Positions 1 through 9,983 of a stretch of DNA of 64,000 nt are shown piece after piece (positions within the stretch are counted from its first letter, which is position 1; each line of letters begins with the position of its first letter). The position numbers and the translations under genes were made by a program. The notes below the pieces were generated by a model that saw only the letters and a list, made by a program, of their open reading frames with translations, was not told the DNA's origin and searched no databases. The DNA lies in assembly GCA_038064195.1 (NCBI GenBank), contig JBBTTO010000002.1, positions 402,387 to 466,386 of the forward strand, given 5' to 3'. Source of the DNA: Patescibacteria group bacterium. Its GTDB lineage: Bacteria > Patescibacteriota > Microgenomatia > Levybacterales > UBA12049.

Positions 1-1347
1 AAAAACTCACGATTGTTTTTGGAGAGATCTTCATCAACTTCGAGAAAAAGTTTTTGCAACAGCTCGCCGATTTGACGACCGGGTTTGATTTTGAGTTCCT
101 GCATAATATCATTTCCGTCAATTGCTAAATCATTGATGGAGAAAGGAGCAGGAGCGAGTTGCTCCTCAACTCTTTTCTTAAAAAGTTTTAGTCTCCAGCT
201 CTCAGCAGTTTGTGTCCCTCCACCCAGTCTGTCACCGATGCGTAAATCCATCATGTCCTGAACATTCTCAACGCCGATGCGTCTGATGAACCGTCGTACC
301 GCACTATCGGTGATATGCTCATCCACCGTAAACATATGCCATCTGATCAGTTTGACAATTTTCTCTTTATCTCTTTTGGAAAAGCGCAAACGGTCTGCAA
401 TCTCGGCTGCCATTTTGGCACCGACGATCTCATGGTTGTGAAAGATGACAAATCCCTCCGTATCTTTGGCGGCCACTCGGGGTTTGGCAATATCGTGAAT
501 GAGTGTCGCAAAGCGGACAATCGGGTTGGTCGAGGGGCAGAATTTGAGAGAAAAAATATTGTGTTCAAAAACATCTGTCGTATGATGTCTCCCCGGACGC
601 TTTTGTGAAACACCGACTCCTTCTAGCAATTCAGGTATGATGTAGGTCAGAAGCTCGGTGTTTTTTAAGAGCATAACACCCTCAAATGGATAATCACTCC
701 CAAGGATTTTGAGAAATTCATCATGAATGCGTTCAGAGGCAATGTGTTTGAGGAGGGAGGCATCCCTCGTGATAGATGCCAGCGTATCCTGTTCAATACT
801 GAATGAAAGTTGCGTAGCAAAACGAATCGCCCGCATCAGTCGAAGCGCATCTTCTTTGAAGCGTTCATTGGGATCTCCGACTGCCCGGATTAGCTTGTCT
901 TCCAGATCTTGTCGACCATTGAAAGGGTCGATGATGTTGGCAGTTGGCAGTTGGTAGTTAGTAGTAAGGGCGATAGCCATGGCATTCACGGTGAAGTCAC
1001 GGCGGGCGAGATCTTCTTCAATTGTTTTGCCCCAGCTAACGCTATCAGGATGACGGCGATCCGAATATCCCTGCTCGGTACGAAACGTCGTCACTTCAAT
1101 AACTGTCTGGTCGGGGGTATCTTTGTTGACCGGGATACCCACCGTTCCGAAAGCATTGTCATAAAAGGCATCAGGGAAAAGCTTGAGGATCTCCGAAGGC
1201 TGGGCATTCGTCGTAAAATCCCAGTCTTTAACAGGTTTTTTAAGTAATAAATTCCTGACAGGGCCGCCGACTAAGAAAACCTGAAAACCTGCATTTTTAA
1301 GAACTTGGATTACCTCTTTAATTGATGGCGGAACAGTCAGTGTCATT
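1..1347 (-). CDS. cca: CCA tRNA nucleotidyltransferase / poly(A) polymerase family with C-terminal HD domain; partial, C-terminus runs off the window start
   Basis: Reverse-strand translation from ATG (complement of 1345-1347) reads MTLTVPPSIKEVIQVLKNAGFQVFLVGGPVRNLLL...DWDF (nucleotidyltransferase head) and later HHTTDVFEHN...IHDIAKP (HD motif). Not in the ORF track because no stop lies inside the window; the short + ORFs at 315-1247 are antisense artefacts. Confidence 0.8.
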
Positions 1348-1413
1348 AGGTGAAAGGGTCTGGTATAGTATACCAGATTGGCGTATAGCAAATGGCTAAT
1401 AGCTAATAGTTCT

Positions 1414-3090
1414 ATGGTAAAGAAGTGGGAAATTTTGACAACTGAAAAAACTCCTAAAGAACCGGGTGAGATAGTTAATTTGCTCTTGAAGCAACGCGGG
1501 ATTATAACCGAGAAAGACAAAGACGCTTTTTTATATCCTGATTTATCAAGTATTACGTCAGAGAAAGTAGGGTTGTCACAGGTGGCGATTAAAAAAACGC
1601 TCAATCGCCTGCAGAAAGCTAAGGACCATAAAGAGCTCGTCATAGTCTATGGAGACTATGATGTCGACGGTATAACAGGGACTGCTATCCTTTGGGAGAG
1701 CATGATCGCACTCGGATTTGAGGTCATGCCTTATATCCCTCATCGGGTAGACGAAGGATACGGTTTGTCAAAAATCGGAATTATTAATGTCAAAGAACAG
1801 TATCCTCAAGTAAAAGTAATAATAACCGTTGATAACGGAATAGTCGCAAACGAGGCAGTAGATTTTGCGACAAAAGAAAAAATAGACGTCATCATCACCG
1901 ATCATCATTTAGCAGATAGTAAAGACAAGCCACAAGCACTCGCTACCATCCATACCACCCTTCTTTGTGGTGCGGGAATAGCCTGGCTTTTGGCAAAAGA
2001 AATTCAGAGAAAGTTCGGTACTATCGGGAAAGATGATGAGGACTTACATCTGGAATTGGCGGCTTTGGCAACTGTAGCGGATTTGGTACCGCTAACCGGT
2101 GCTAATAGAGCAATTGTCCGACACGGCATCAATAAACTACGTAAAACAGAACGCTTCGGATTGGTGGCGCTTTTCCTGCAAGCGGCATTGGATGCAGGTA
2201 AGATCGGTACCTATGAAATAGGATACGTCATCGGTCCGCGGCTTAATGCTTCGGGGAGACTGGAGAGCGCCATGGATAGTCTCAGACTTCTTTGTACGAG
2301 GGATCAAAAAAGGGCGCGGGCGTTGGCCGAGCAACTGGAACTAACCAATCAAACCAGGCAACAGATTATGCGTCAGGCAATCCTCCATGCAAGTAATGAG
2401 ATCAGAGGACGAGAACAGGATCAGAAAATGCTGATAATTGCGAGTGAGGCTTATGAGGAGGGGATCATCGGTCTCGTCGCCGGAAGACTGGTCGAGGAAT
2501 TTTACAAACCTGCGATAGTCATCGCTAAAGGCGCGGAGACGAGCAAGGGATCGGTACGGTCAGTGAGCGGTTTTAATGTTATTGAATTTCTCAGGAGTAA
2601 GCCTGAGCTTTTTATCGGAGTTGGGGGACATCCCATGGCAGCAGGTTTTAGTATTAAGACAGATACTTTAACAACTTTCAGGCAAGCTCTTGAAAAGCAT
2701 GCAGCGACTGTAATAAATGAGGAGATGTTACAACGAAAGCTAAAAATAGATTTGGAGATTGATTTGAATACTATTTCTGAAGAGCTTTATCAGAAAATTC
2801 AATCCCTTGCGCCATTTGGCATGGGAAATCCCGAACCTACATTTCTCTCCAAACACGTTCTCGTCCGTCAAAAAAAACTCATGGGTAAGGAAGGAAAACA
2901 TCTGCGTTTGATAGTTCAGGGCGGAGAAATGGGGCAAGTCATAGAGGTAGTCGCATTCGGGATGGGAGCGCGAGCCCTTGAGATACAGGAGGAAAGGCAC
3001 ATCGACATCGTCTATACGCTAGATGAGAATGAATGGAATGGAACAAAACGCCTGCAATTGAAAGTGAAGGATTTCAGGTTCACTGAGTAA
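1414..3090 (+). CDS. recJ: single-stranded-DNA-specific exonuclease RecJ (DHH/DHHA1)
   Basis: VIVYGDYDVDGITGTAIL, ITDHH, GGHPMAAG motifs. Track ORF starts at 1378 but ATG 1414 (MVKKWEIL...) fits the RecJ N-terminus better. Confidence 0.85.
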   Translation: MVKKWEILTTEKTPKEPGEIVNLLLKQRGIITEKDKDAFLYPDLSSITSEKVGLSQVAIKKTLNRLQKAKDHKELVIVYGDYDVDGITGTAILWESMIALGFEVMPYIPHRVDEGYGLSKIGIINVKEQYPQVKVIITVDNGIVANEAVDFATKEKIDVIITDHHLADSKDKPQALATIHTTLLCGAGIAWLLAKEIQRKFGTIGKDDEDLHLELAALATVADLVPLTGANRAIVRHGINKLRKTERFGLVALFLQAALDAGKIGTYEIGYVIGPRLNASGRLESAMDSLRLLCTRDQKRARALAEQLELTNQTRQQIMRQAILHASNEIRGREQDQKMLIIASEAYEEGIIGLVAGRLVEEFYKPAIVIAKGAETSKGSVRSVSGFNVIEFLRSKPELFIGVGGHPMAAGFSIKTDTLTTFRQALEKHAATVINEEMLQRKLKIDLEIDLNTISEELYQKIQSLAPFGMGNPEPTFLSKHVLVRQKKLMGKEGKHLRLIVQGGEMGQVIEVVAFGMGARALEIQEERHIDIVYTLDENEWNGTKRLQLKVKDFRFTE

Positions 3091-3370
3091 CTACCCCTTT
3101 TTTCCCAGGTGGCAAACAGATTACGGTTATGGTTGCGCAGGTATTGCAATACCTGTTGGTCCGTATAAAGAAAAGTCGGGGAGGAATTTACCTCATAGAA
3201 TTCTCTTCTCGCCATAAAACAAAAAAAATCTCCCGGAAATATTTCGAGGAGATTGAAACTGGGTATTTATTACACGCTAATCTCCACTACTCCATGTAGT
3301 GGCGATTAAATTGCATAATAAAAAATCCCGAATTCATATACTCCATTATTATACGTATTAGCTTTGAATC

Positions 3371-3399
3371 TTGTCAACGTCAGCAATTCCATGTATCAT
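3371..3399 (+). promoter_or_regulatory. sigma70-like promoter candidate for aspS (TTGTCA - 17 nt - TATCAT)
   Basis: Hexamers with a 17-nt spacer about 35 nt upstream of the aspS ATG; read directly from the sequence, no expression evidence. Confidence 0.3.
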
Positions 3400-3406
3400 A
3401 TGCGAG

Positions 3407-3427
3407 AGCAAAGAGCAAAGAGCAAAG
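3407..3427 (+). repeat. (AGCAAAG)3 heptanucleotide tandem repeat in the aspS 5' leader
   Basis: gagAGCAAAGAGCAAAGAGCAAAGatt, three perfect units ending 8 nt before the aspS start codon. Confidence 0.7.
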
Positions 3428-3434
3428 ATTTTCT

Positions 3435-4841
3435 ATGGATAAGTTGACAAGAACATTGGTTGAACAAACGGTTGAGAAGGTTGGTGAGAAAGTGGTGCTT
3501 GAAGGGTGGGTAGATACCAAGCGCGATCACGGCAAACTGACTTTTATTGATCTCCGTGATCGAACAGGCAAAGTACAGTGTGTCGGTTTTCAAAAAATGG
3601 GAGAGCTGAGTGTCGAGTCTGTCGTCCGTGTGATCGGCATGGTCAAACTCAGACCTGAGAAAATGATCAATCCCGATCTGCCGACCGGAACAGTAGAGGT
3701 GGATGTAGAAAGTTATGAGATACTCAATAAAGCAATCGAGCTTCCCATCCAGCTTGATACCGACGGGCTCGAAATAGGAGAAGAGGTCAGACTGCGTTAT
3801 CGCTATATCGATCTGAGACGGGCACGTATGCAGCGCAATATCAGACTGCGCAGTGAGTTCATGCAGGCTCTGCGTCAGGTACTTTTGGCGAAAGATTTTG
3901 TCGAAATCGAAACGCCACTGCTTTCCAAAGCGACTATGGAGGGAGCACGGGATTTTATCGTCCCTTCCAGATTTCAGCCGGGCAAATTTTACGCACTTCC
4001 TCAGAGCCCTCAGCAGTACAAGCAGCTTTTGATGACTTCCGGATTTGAGAGATATTTCCAGTTCCCGCATTGTCTCAGAGATGAAGACCTCCGGGCCGAC
4101 AGGGGATTTGAATTTACCCAACTGGATTTGGAAATGAGTTTTGTAACCCGTGAGGACGTCATGCAGACAGTTGAGGATATGGTTAAAAAAGCTGTCAAGT
4201 CAGTCGGTGGAAAGTTACAAAAAGAGGAGTTCCCCGTGATCACCTATCAGGAGGCACTTGATAAATACGGAGCCGATAAATTCGACCTCAGAACCGAGGA
4301 GGAGAAGAAAGACGGGACGCTCGCTTTTGCCTGGGTCATAAATTTTCCGTTCTTTAAGAAAGTGGATAGTAAGGATGCAGCTGAGGTACGGGACGGCAAG
4401 AGCGGCTGGACATTTACCCATAATCCGTTCAGTATGCCGCTTCCGGAGCATGAAGAGTGGCTCTTGAAAGGGGAGAATATCGGGCAAATCATGACCACCC
4501 AATATGATCTCGTTTGTAACGGACTGGAGGCAGGTGGGGGTAGTATCAGAGCGCATCGGTCAGATCTGCTCAAGGCGACATATAAGATCATGGGCTATTC
4601 TGAAGAGCAGACACAGGAGAGTGTCGGTCATATGCTGGAGGCCTTTGAACTCGGTACGCCTCCGCATGGGGGGATCGCTTTGGGGCTGGATCGATATATC
4701 GCTCTTTTGACTGGGGAAAGTTCAATTAAAGAGGTCATAGCCTTCCCGATGACCTCGACCGGTCGAACAGCGATTATGGACGCTCCGTCTCCCGTTACCA
4801 AAGAGCAACTTGATGAACTCAGTCTTAAAGTGACCGAATAG
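3435..4841 (+). CDS. aspS: aspartate--tRNA ligase, short bacterial-type form lacking the GAD insertion
   Basis: N-terminal OB anticodon-binding fold; class II motifs FYALPQSPQQYKQLLM, RYFQFPHCLRDEDLRADRGFEFTQLDLEMSF (bacterial AspRS motif-2 signature), GGGSIRAHR. 468 aa. Confidence 0.85.
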   Translation: MDKLTRTLVEQTVEKVGEKVVLEGWVDTKRDHGKLTFIDLRDRTGKVQCVGFQKMGELSVESVVRVIGMVKLRPEKMINPDLPTGTVEVDVESYEILNKAIELPIQLDTDGLEIGEEVRLRYRYIDLRRARMQRNIRLRSEFMQALRQVLLAKDFVEIETPLLSKATMEGARDFIVPSRFQPGKFYALPQSPQQYKQLLMTSGFERYFQFPHCLRDEDLRADRGFEFTQLDLEMSFVTREDVMQTVEDMVKKAVKSVGGKLQKEEFPVITYQEALDKYGADKFDLRTEEEKKDGTLAFAWVINFPFFKKVDSKDAAEVRDGKSGWTFTHNPFSMPLPEHEEWLLKGENIGQIMTTQYDLVCNGLEAGGGSIRAHRSDLLKATYKIMGYSEEQTQESVGHMLEAFELGTPPHGGIALGLDRYIALLTGESSIKEVIAFPMTSTGRTAIMDAPSPVTKEQLDELSLKVTE

Positions 4842-4857
4842 TCTCCTATTTTTCTTC

Positions 4858-5865
4858 TTGACTGTTAACTATAATAAAAGCGTGGCTACTAAAAAGAAGA
4901 TTATCAAAAAGAAAGTGCCTCGGAGGGTAAAATTCGGAGTTTTTTTCAGGAGACACGAAGCGGATTTCAGACTGGCTCTTATCCCGTTGATCTTAGGTGT
5001 AGTGTGGGTGATCTTATCAATCATTACCACCCGTGTACAACTGCAAGCTAAGCAGGAACAAATAAATCTTCAGTCAATCGCCCAGACGGCAACCCCCTAT
5101 ACCTATTTCAGCCAACCGATAATTCCGCCAATTACCGCTGAAGCTGCAACGATCATCGATCGTGACAGCAAAAGTATCCTTTATGAGAAGAACGCGAGCG
5201 TACGTTTTGCTATGGCATCAACGACAAAGCTTATGACTGCGGTGGTGGCAATGGATTATTTCAAACCGGAAAGCATACTGACTGCTTTTACTGCAAATGT
5301 CGAGGGAGTCAATGTAGGCCTGACAGTTGGTGATCACTTACGATTTAAGGATAGCCTGTATGCCATGTTGCTGCCGTCCGGGAATGACGTGGCGCTGATG
5401 ATTGCCCAGAATTACCCGGGGGGTGAGGAAAGTTTTGTAAAAGCAATGAACGCGAAAGCACAGCAACTCCATTTGGCTAACACCCATTATGCCGATCCGG
5501 CCGGGCTTGATGATGACGGGAATTATACAACTGCCCATGAATTGGCAGAACTGGCCGCAGTAGTGAGTGTAGATCCGATACTGGCAGATGTTACCGCTAC
5601 AAAGAGTAAAATTGTGACGACAATGGATGGCAAAAAGACATTTACGCTCAATAACCTTAATCGATTACTTGGTATATCAGGGGTGACAGGTCTTAAGACA
5701 GGGCATACCGAAGGAGCAGGTGATGTACTGATCACATCCAGTATCAGTGAGGGGCATAACTATATTATCGTTGTCATGCGAAGTCAGGATCGCTTCACAG
5801 ATACCGAAGTCCTGCTTTCGAATGTAACCCGGGATGTGAGAGTTTTTACCCCGAATATTCGCTAG
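4858..5865 (+). CDS. serine-type D-Ala-D-Ala carboxypeptidase (PBP5/6-like, peptidase S11) with N-terminal membrane anchor
   Basis: SxxK (ASTTKLMTA), SxN (SGND), KTG (LKTGHTEGAG) motifs; TM helix LALIPLILGVVWVIL. The track start is TTG, so the true start is uncertain (possibly GTG further in). Confidence 0.75.
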   Translation: MTVNYNKSVATKKKIIKKKVPRRVKFGVFFRRHEADFRLALIPLILGVVWVILSIITTRVQLQAKQEQINLQSIAQTATPYTYFSQPIIPPITAEAATIIDRDSKSILYEKNASVRFAMASTTKLMTAVVAMDYFKPESILTAFTANVEGVNVGLTVGDHLRFKDSLYAMLLPSGNDVALMIAQNYPGGEESFVKAMNAKAQQLHLANTHYADPAGLDDDGNYTTAHELAELAAVVSVDPILADVTATKSKIVTTMDGKKTFTLNNLNRLLGISGVTGLKTGHTEGAGDVLITSSISEGHNYIIVVMRSQDRFTDTEVLLSNVTRDVRVFTPNIR

Positions 5866-6945
5866 TTATTTAAGCATCCAAGTGTCACTCACCGCCGGAA
5901 CATAGGCCGTAAAACCGTCTTTACCTGAGAAGACATAGACAGGCATGAGGTATTGTTGTTTTTCTTCTCCGAGGTAATATGCTAAGTAAATGTCCTTAAT
6001 GCGTATCTCAGTCTGAGTACCGAAATAACCCGCAATGTAGGCTTTGTTCTTTTTAAGAAGATCAAAAGCCTGAGACACATTTTTGATAGGATAGGTAGTG
6101 TTTTCCTGGCTTACGACCTGGTGTGAAAAAATGGCATCGACAATCTCGCTGGTTCTGCTCCCACCCAATAAGAAATGCATTGTTGAGTAAGGCGGGTGCG
6201 GGTAGACGACAGGAAGCTTATTAACATCTTTCTGGAAGAAATCAACCCTGACCAATTGCGCAGTTGACGGGCTGGTCGCGGCAAAGATATTAGACCCCTG
6301 CATGGACAGCAGCTGGGAAGAAGTTCCTTCCTCATCAAGGTCAAGCGGATGGAGGTTGAGGTTGGTTAGAAAATTGACCGCTGTCTCAATAGCGTCTGAT
6401 TGATTGACGGGGGGTACTGTCAGCAGGTCGGCATAGGAGAAGTAGTTAGAAGTAATTGAAAAGTCACCGGAGACGATATTGTACGTAATTTTCTTGTCGG
6501 GCCTGAAAGTGTCTCCCCAGGAATAGACGGTGTCGGTGAGAGGTGTCTCATCCAGTCTAAAGCTGGTAGTCTGCAGGAGGTTACGTGTTGTTTGGAGGTT
6601 GAGAAGGTTGGGTATGGGTGGTGCGATTTTATTAATAATTACTCTATCGGCAAATGAGCCCAGGTTACCGCTGACTGTGTCGATCCGATAAGTAAATTGT
6701 TGGTTACTGGTATTCTGAGGGAAAAGAACAGGAGGTAATTTACCAAACGCTACTTTGGGAGCCGCAGGTGTTTTTGGGAAAAAGACACTCATTAGGTATC
6801 GACCTCCTCGATAGGCTCCGATGAGAAGAAGTATCCCAACGACAAGTGCCCCGCCCCATTTGGCAATTGCTATAATTATATTTTTTGATTCGTCCAAACT
6901 GATCATATCTTGAGTATAGGAGAGGCGAGCTGTATAATGCAACAA
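5866..6945 (-). CDS. hypothetical membrane-anchored extracytoplasmic protein
   Basis: 359-aa ORF with one N-terminal TM helix (IIIAIAKWGGALVVGILLLIGAY) and no recognisable catalytic motifs. Confidence 0.5.
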   Translation of the reverse strand: MLHYTARLSYTQDMISLDESKNIIIAIAKWGGALVVGILLLIGAYRGGRYLMSVFFPKTPAAPKVAFGKLPPVLFPQNTSNQQFTYRIDTVSGNLGSFADRVIINKIAPPIPNLLNLQTTRNLLQTTSFRLDETPLTDTVYSWGDTFRPDKKITYNIVSGDFSITSNYFSYADLLTVPPVNQSDAIETAVNFLTNLNLHPLDLDEEGTSSQLLSMQGSNIFAATSPSTAQLVRVDFFQKDVNKLPVVYPHPPYSTMHFLLGGSRTSEIVDAIFSHQVVSQENTTYPIKNVSQAFDLLKKNKAYIAGYFGTQTEIRIKDIYLAYYLGEEKQQYLMPVYVFSGKDGFTAYVPAVSDTWMLK

Positions 6946-6971
6946 GACCGAATCTACACGAATACTTTTGT

Positions 6972-8357
6972 ATGTTAGTTAGAACACGCATCGCACCATC
7001 GCCCACAGGCTTTCCGCATATCGGGACCATCTATCAGGTGCTTTTTGATTTTGCCTATGCTCACAAGTATAACGGGAAATTTATTTTACGGATTGAGGAC
7101 ACGGATAGAGCACGTTTTGTCGAAGGGGCGGAGGAAATAATTTTCAGATCGCTTGACTGGTTTGGACTCACGCCTGATGAAGGACCTGTGCAGGGGGGGG
7201 ATTTCGGGCCGTATCGTCAGTCTGAACGGCTTGACATATACAAGAAATATGCACATCAGTTACTCGATAAAGGACATGCGTATTATTGTTTTTGTAGTCG
7301 TGAAAGACTTGAGGAAATGCGTAAAGAACAGGAGCGCAAAAAGCAGTCGCCTATGTATGACAGGACCTGTCGTACTCTCACGGAGGGGGAGATAAAAGCA
7401 AAATTAGCAGACAATATCCCCCATGTGCTAAGAATGAAGGTCCCTGACGACCGGAAAATTGTCGTGCATGACGTGATCATGGGCGATATTGAATTTGAAA
7501 GTAATACCGTTGATGATCAGGTCGTCCTTAAGTCAGATGGCTTTCCGACGTATCATCTCGGGGTAGTAGTTGATGACCATCTCATGGAAATCTCACACGT
7601 CTTTCGCGGTCGTGAATGGGTCTCCAGTACACCAAAGCATGTTCTGCTTTATGAATTTTTCGGGTGGGAGATGCCGGTGCATGCTCATCTGCCTTTGATT
7701 CTTAACAGCGACGGGAAAGGAAAATTATCAAAGCGTCATGGGCATGCGTCTGTGGATTATTATCGTGAGGGGGGATATTTGCCTGAGGCAGTACTCAATT
7801 ATCTGTCAAATATCGTCTGGAATCATCCTGAGGGGAAAGAGATTTATAGTCTTACGGAGTTCATGCAGCTTTTTGATATAACTCAAATTACCTCACAGGG
7901 GGCACGGTTTGATCTGCAGAAATTGAACTGGATGAATCAGCAATATATCCAGAAGATGAGTGATGAAGAACTGCTGACTAAGATTAAGGATTTTTATAAA
8001 GACAGACAATTGGATGATATTTTGGTCCGAAAGTTATTGCCTTTACTTAAAACCAGGATGGAGACACTTGCTGATTTTGAGAAATTGACAGGATATTTTT
8101 TTGCTGCACCGAGCGTTGCGCCCCGTAGCCAAAAAGAAAAAGAAATAATCGTTGACCTTCAGTCTATTCTTTCAGATGTGACTGATTGGACGGAACAGGG
8201 AATTTTTGTGGCATTAAAAGCAGTCCTTGAAAAGCATAGTTGCCGTATGCCGGTATTGTATTATCTGTTCACCGGTGAGGAGCACGGCTTGCCCCTCCCA
8301 CAATCACTTGAGATACTCGGCAAAGAGACGACACTTATGCGTCTGAAACAGCTGTAA
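6972..8357 (+). CDS. gltX: glutamate--tRNA ligase
   Basis: HIGH motif (PSPTGFPHIGT) and KMSKS-type motif (KLSKR); class I GluRS architecture. Confidence 0.9.
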   Translation: MLVRTRIAPSPTGFPHIGTIYQVLFDFAYAHKYNGKFILRIEDTDRARFVEGAEEIIFRSLDWFGLTPDEGPVQGGDFGPYRQSERLDIYKKYAHQLLDKGHAYYCFCSRERLEEMRKEQERKKQSPMYDRTCRTLTEGEIKAKLADNIPHVLRMKVPDDRKIVVHDVIMGDIEFESNTVDDQVVLKSDGFPTYHLGVVVDDHLMEISHVFRGREWVSSTPKHVLLYEFFGWEMPVHAHLPLILNSDGKGKLSKRHGHASVDYYREGGYLPEAVLNYLSNIVWNHPEGKEIYSLTEFMQLFDITQITSQGARFDLQKLNWMNQQYIQKMSDEELLTKIKDFYKDRQLDDILVRKLLPLLKTRMETLADFEKLTGYFFAAPSVAPRSQKEKEIIVDLQSILSDVTDWTEQGIFVALKAVLEKHSCRMPVLYYLFTGEEHGLPLPQSLEILGKETTLMRLKQL

Positions 8358-8361
8358 TATT

Positions 8362-8958
8362 ATGGTCATTTATTTTGCCCGTTTGGTGTCTTTTCTCTTT
8401 AATCCGTATTTTTTGATCATCCCTGTACCTTATTTGCTCGTCTTACGTGAAACAGGAGACGGAGTAATCGCCATGCAGTGGACGCTGTTCTCACTTTTTT
8501 TCCTCGCAATTGTCGGAATAGCTGTCTTTGTATTATTTAAACGCGGTTATTTCAGTGATCTGGATATCTCCAAAAAAGAACAACGTCCGCTCTTTTTCCT
8601 CCTGGTCTGTGTATTTGCCATTTGTTATTTTTTAGGTCTTTTTTATCTCCGGGGACCGCTCGTACTCTTCATCTCACTCAGCGGACTTTTTTTCAGTCTC
8701 TTAGTCTTCAGTTTTCTCGTCACAAAAGTCAAAGCAAGTATCCATGTCGCAACCATCACAGCCATGATATTTTCATTCAGTGTCCTTTATGGAGGGCAGT
8801 TCTTTCTCCTCCTGTTCCTGATTCCGCTCATCGGCTGGTCAAGAATTAAGATACACCGTCATACCTGGATTGAGGTCATGGTCGGAGCAGTTCTGGGAAT
8901 TGTAATACCGGTTGTAATGTTTGTGGTTTTTAAAGTACTATTACATGTATCGCTATGA
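8362..8958 (+). CDS. polytopic membrane protein, PAP2-like phosphatase (possible undecaprenyl-diphosphatase, BcrC/PgpB-like)
   Basis: Five or six TM helices; KASIHV and SRIKIHRH resemble PAP2 motifs PSGH and SRxxxxxH. It lies directly upstream of dgkA and overlaps it by 4 nt. The PAP2 assignment is tentative. Confidence 0.4.
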   Translation: MVIYFARLVSFLFNPYFLIIPVPYLLVLRETGDGVIAMQWTLFSLFFLAIVGIAVFVLFKRGYFSDLDISKKEQRPLFFLLVCVFAICYFLGLFYLRGPLVLFISLSGLFFSLLVFSFLVTKVKASIHVATITAMIFSFSVLYGGQFFLLLFLIPLIGWSRIKIHRHTWIEVMVGAVLGIVIPVVMFVVFKVLLHVSL

Positions 8959-9332
8959 TTAGACACAGAACGCTTATAGAATCATTCGGCTTTGCCTGGG
9001 AGGGGATTAAATACGCTCTCACCCATGACCAGAATTTCAAAATTCACTTAGCAGCTGCCATACTTGTTATTGTTCTTACTATTTATTTTGATGTCAGCCC
9101 TTTTGAAATGGGGATACTCGGGGTTATGATTATCTTAGTTATCACAACCGAGATGATCAATACGGCTATAGAAAATATGGTGGACTTAATAACCAAAGAG
9201 CATAGAGAAGAGGCAAGAATTGCAAAAGATGTATCAGCCGGAATGGTCTTGATCGCCTCAGTTGGAGCGCTCATCGTCGGCTTTTTGATATTTGCTCCGC
9301 ATCTCCTCACTGCATTAGGGATCCAGCATTAG
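8955..9332 (+). CDS. dgkA: diacylglycerol kinase / undecaprenol kinase (DgkA family)
   Basis: 125 aa with three TM helices; NFKIHLAAAILV and EMINTAIENMVD match DgkA signature regions. Confidence 0.8.
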   Translation: MIRHRTLIESFGFAWEGIKYALTHDQNFKIHLAAAILVIVLTIYFDVSPFEMGILGVMIILVITTEMINTAIENMVDLITKEHREEARIAKDVSAGMVLIASVGALIVGFLIFAPHLLTALGIQH

Positions 9333-9406
9333 CTCTCTTACACAATTCATACGCAATTTGAGGAAATAAACATGTATCCTTCCTCAAGGATTTAATCTTT
9401 TCTCAT

Positions 9407-9856
9407 ATGAAAGTTGCAGATATTATCAAAAAGGATGTCGACTCGATAAGTGTTACCTCATCGGTTTTGGATGCCGCTAAACTCATATTTAAACACGGTC
9501 ATACAGGAATCCCGGTCGTCACCGGTAAAAGTAAAAAGCTTGTCGGGTTTATCACCGATCAGGACATCCTCTCACAATGCTTTCCCTCGATGCAGGAATA
9601 TATCGAAGACGTAGTCCATGCCCGGGACTACAACGGGATGGAGGCAAAGCTTAAAGAAATTATGAAGATGAAAGTAAAAGATGTTATGAGTAATGAACTG
9701 ATCTCGATAAAAGAAGATTCTCCTCTCATGAGGGCTGAGTCACTTATGAAGGTCAAACGTATCGCCAGGCTCTCAGTGGTCGATGACAAAGGCAATCTGG
9801 TCGGTATTCTTACAAAAAGAGATATCTTCCGCAGTCTAGTCGGCAAAGTCCTCTAA
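9407..9856 (+). CDS. CBS domain pair protein
   Basis: Two CBS-like segments (VADIIKKDVDSISV..., VKDVMSNELISIKEDSPL...VDDKGNLVGILTKRDI). Confidence 0.7.
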   Translation: MKVADIIKKDVDSISVTSSVLDAAKLIFKHGHTGIPVVTGKSKKLVGFITDQDILSQCFPSMQEYIEDVVHARDYNGMEAKLKEIMKMKVKDVMSNELISIKEDSPLMRAESLMKVKRIARLSVVDDKGNLVGILTKRDIFRSLVGKVL

Positions 9857-9867
9857 ACTTCTTCAAA

Positions 9868-9900
9868 CTAGTAATTTACTCTCATTTTCGTGCTACATTG
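9868..9900 (+). promoter_or_regulatory. copy 1 of a 33-40-nt direct repeat (TAATTTACYCTCATTTTCG...GCTACATTG), promoter-like
   Basis: Starts right after the stop of the CBS gene and about 80 nt upstream of yjbQ; the second copy is at 10528-10570. Confidence 0.35.
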
Positions 9901-9983
9901 ACGGCATGCTTCATAGTCCCGGCGAATGATTTCGTGATTTTTTACGACTATATATATTAGAGAGCTGCATTTCAGTTTTTTCT

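Noticed and set aside
315-1247. Four track ORFs (315-608+, 347-613-, 727-957+, 909-1247+) inside the first 1.3 kb
   Set aside because: All lie within, or antisense to, the long minus-strand cca reading frame, which gives a continuous nucleotidyltransferase + HD-domain protein from ATG 1347 to the window edge. Their products are low-complexity and unrecognisable.
3396-4591. Minus-strand ORFs 3396-4121, 4010-4243, 4215-4556, 4247-4591 antisense to aspS
   Set aside because: aspS on the plus strand has unmistakable class-II synthetase motifs; the antisense products have no features and overlap each other in different frames.
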